Source of the DNA: Octopus bimaculoides
Lineage: Eukaryota
Assembly (NCBI RefSeq): GCF_001194135.2
Contig: NC_068999.1
Coordinates: forward strand, 21,000,912-21,064,911
Direction of reading: 5' to 3'
DNA length: 64,000 bases
Shown: positions 63,177-64,000 of the stretch, piece by piece
Numbering within the stretch: position 1 is the first letter of the stretch
Layout of the letters: each line of letters begins with the position of its first letter
Notes under the pieces: model-generated
Told to the model about the DNA's origin: nothing
Seen by the model: the letters and a program-made list of their open reading frames with translations, nothing else
Databases searched by the model: none
Program-made: the position numbers and the translations under genes

Positions 63177-64000
63177 CTGTAGTTTGTAAAGCAGAGGATG
63201 TTTTAAATTCTTTGAATCGGTTTCAGTCCCAAGCTTCTTTTATTTCCTTTCACTAACGCCACTTTAATTTTAAGTAAAACATAAACTACACTTAATTTAT
63301 TTCTCTTCCGGCTGAAAATATAAAATGACATTTGTCACATTTTACGTTATACACGTCTTTACTGTTTTATTTTTTACATAAAATATTTTATAATCGTTTC
63401 AAATATTTTCATACACAATAGGATGAGATGATAAAAGAGTAATGGGAGAGCACCAGGCTAAGTGCTTTATATTCTTTACTCTCACCCTTAACCATTTACA
63501 CTTCTATAATCGAAAGATTAATAATTTTCTTTTGCCTCTCCTGGGTCCTAGTGTCTAAAGCGAAAGTGTGATGTTTTATCATTCTTTTTTCCTTTGAGAC
63601 AGCATATATTTTTTTTACAGCTCTGTGCATTTATTTTCTGTCACATCACATCCGTAGAATATAAATGAAACACTTCTTCTCATAAAGCTGAGGCAAGTTG
63701 TAACTAGAAGACATTTGTGCTTTGCTCTGGGGAATGGCACAATAACTGTCATGTTATAAAATTTGAGCCTTTAACCTTCCGATCATTATGCTGCCACCTT
63801 AATATCGGCGATATTATGCCTACTGTATAAATTTATAAAGCAACCTCGACAATGGTCTTAGCATAGAATATAAAGAAACAAACCAATATTCATCGAGAAT
63901 AATTGAAACGCAAAATGTCATACATAATTAAAACTGAACATATCTTACGGCTAATTAATATGTACGCTGTTTTGTATGCGTACGTATATATATGCACGTG

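Overview
AT-rich, microsatellite-dense animal DNA from a gapped draft assembly, with many N runs that nearly all abut (AT)n, (CA)n, (CT)n or (ATGT)n tracts. The two abundant tRNA-derived SINE families resemble, from memory, those of octopus genomes, so an octopod origin is inferred but not verified. I cannot identify any host gene with confidence. Almost all ORF-track entries are microsatellite or gap artefacts, and only a few isolated exon-like segments are offered as low-confidence candidates. What the sequence does support is decayed mobile DNA: a DD34D mariner (49-1170); a Dong/R4-clade LINE with RT and restriction-like endonuclease lying between (TAA)n tracts (30785-33725, minus); RTE, CR1/L2-like and second Dong-like fragments; a nearly intact Penelope-type GIY-YIG domain missed by the ORF track (59911-60192); several MITE or foldback elements; and more than 20 SINE pieces. 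The most interesting patterns are (i) SINE-A target-site duplications that start with AATATT, with repeated re-insertion at the same site producing head-to-tail arrays, (ii) a pair of related MITEs carrying an internal SINE-B-like fragment, (iii) a ~940-bp long-TIR foldback element, and (iv) the Dong-like element apparently inserted into the (TAA)n tail of an RTE LINE. No prokaryote-type system (CRISPR, operon) is present.
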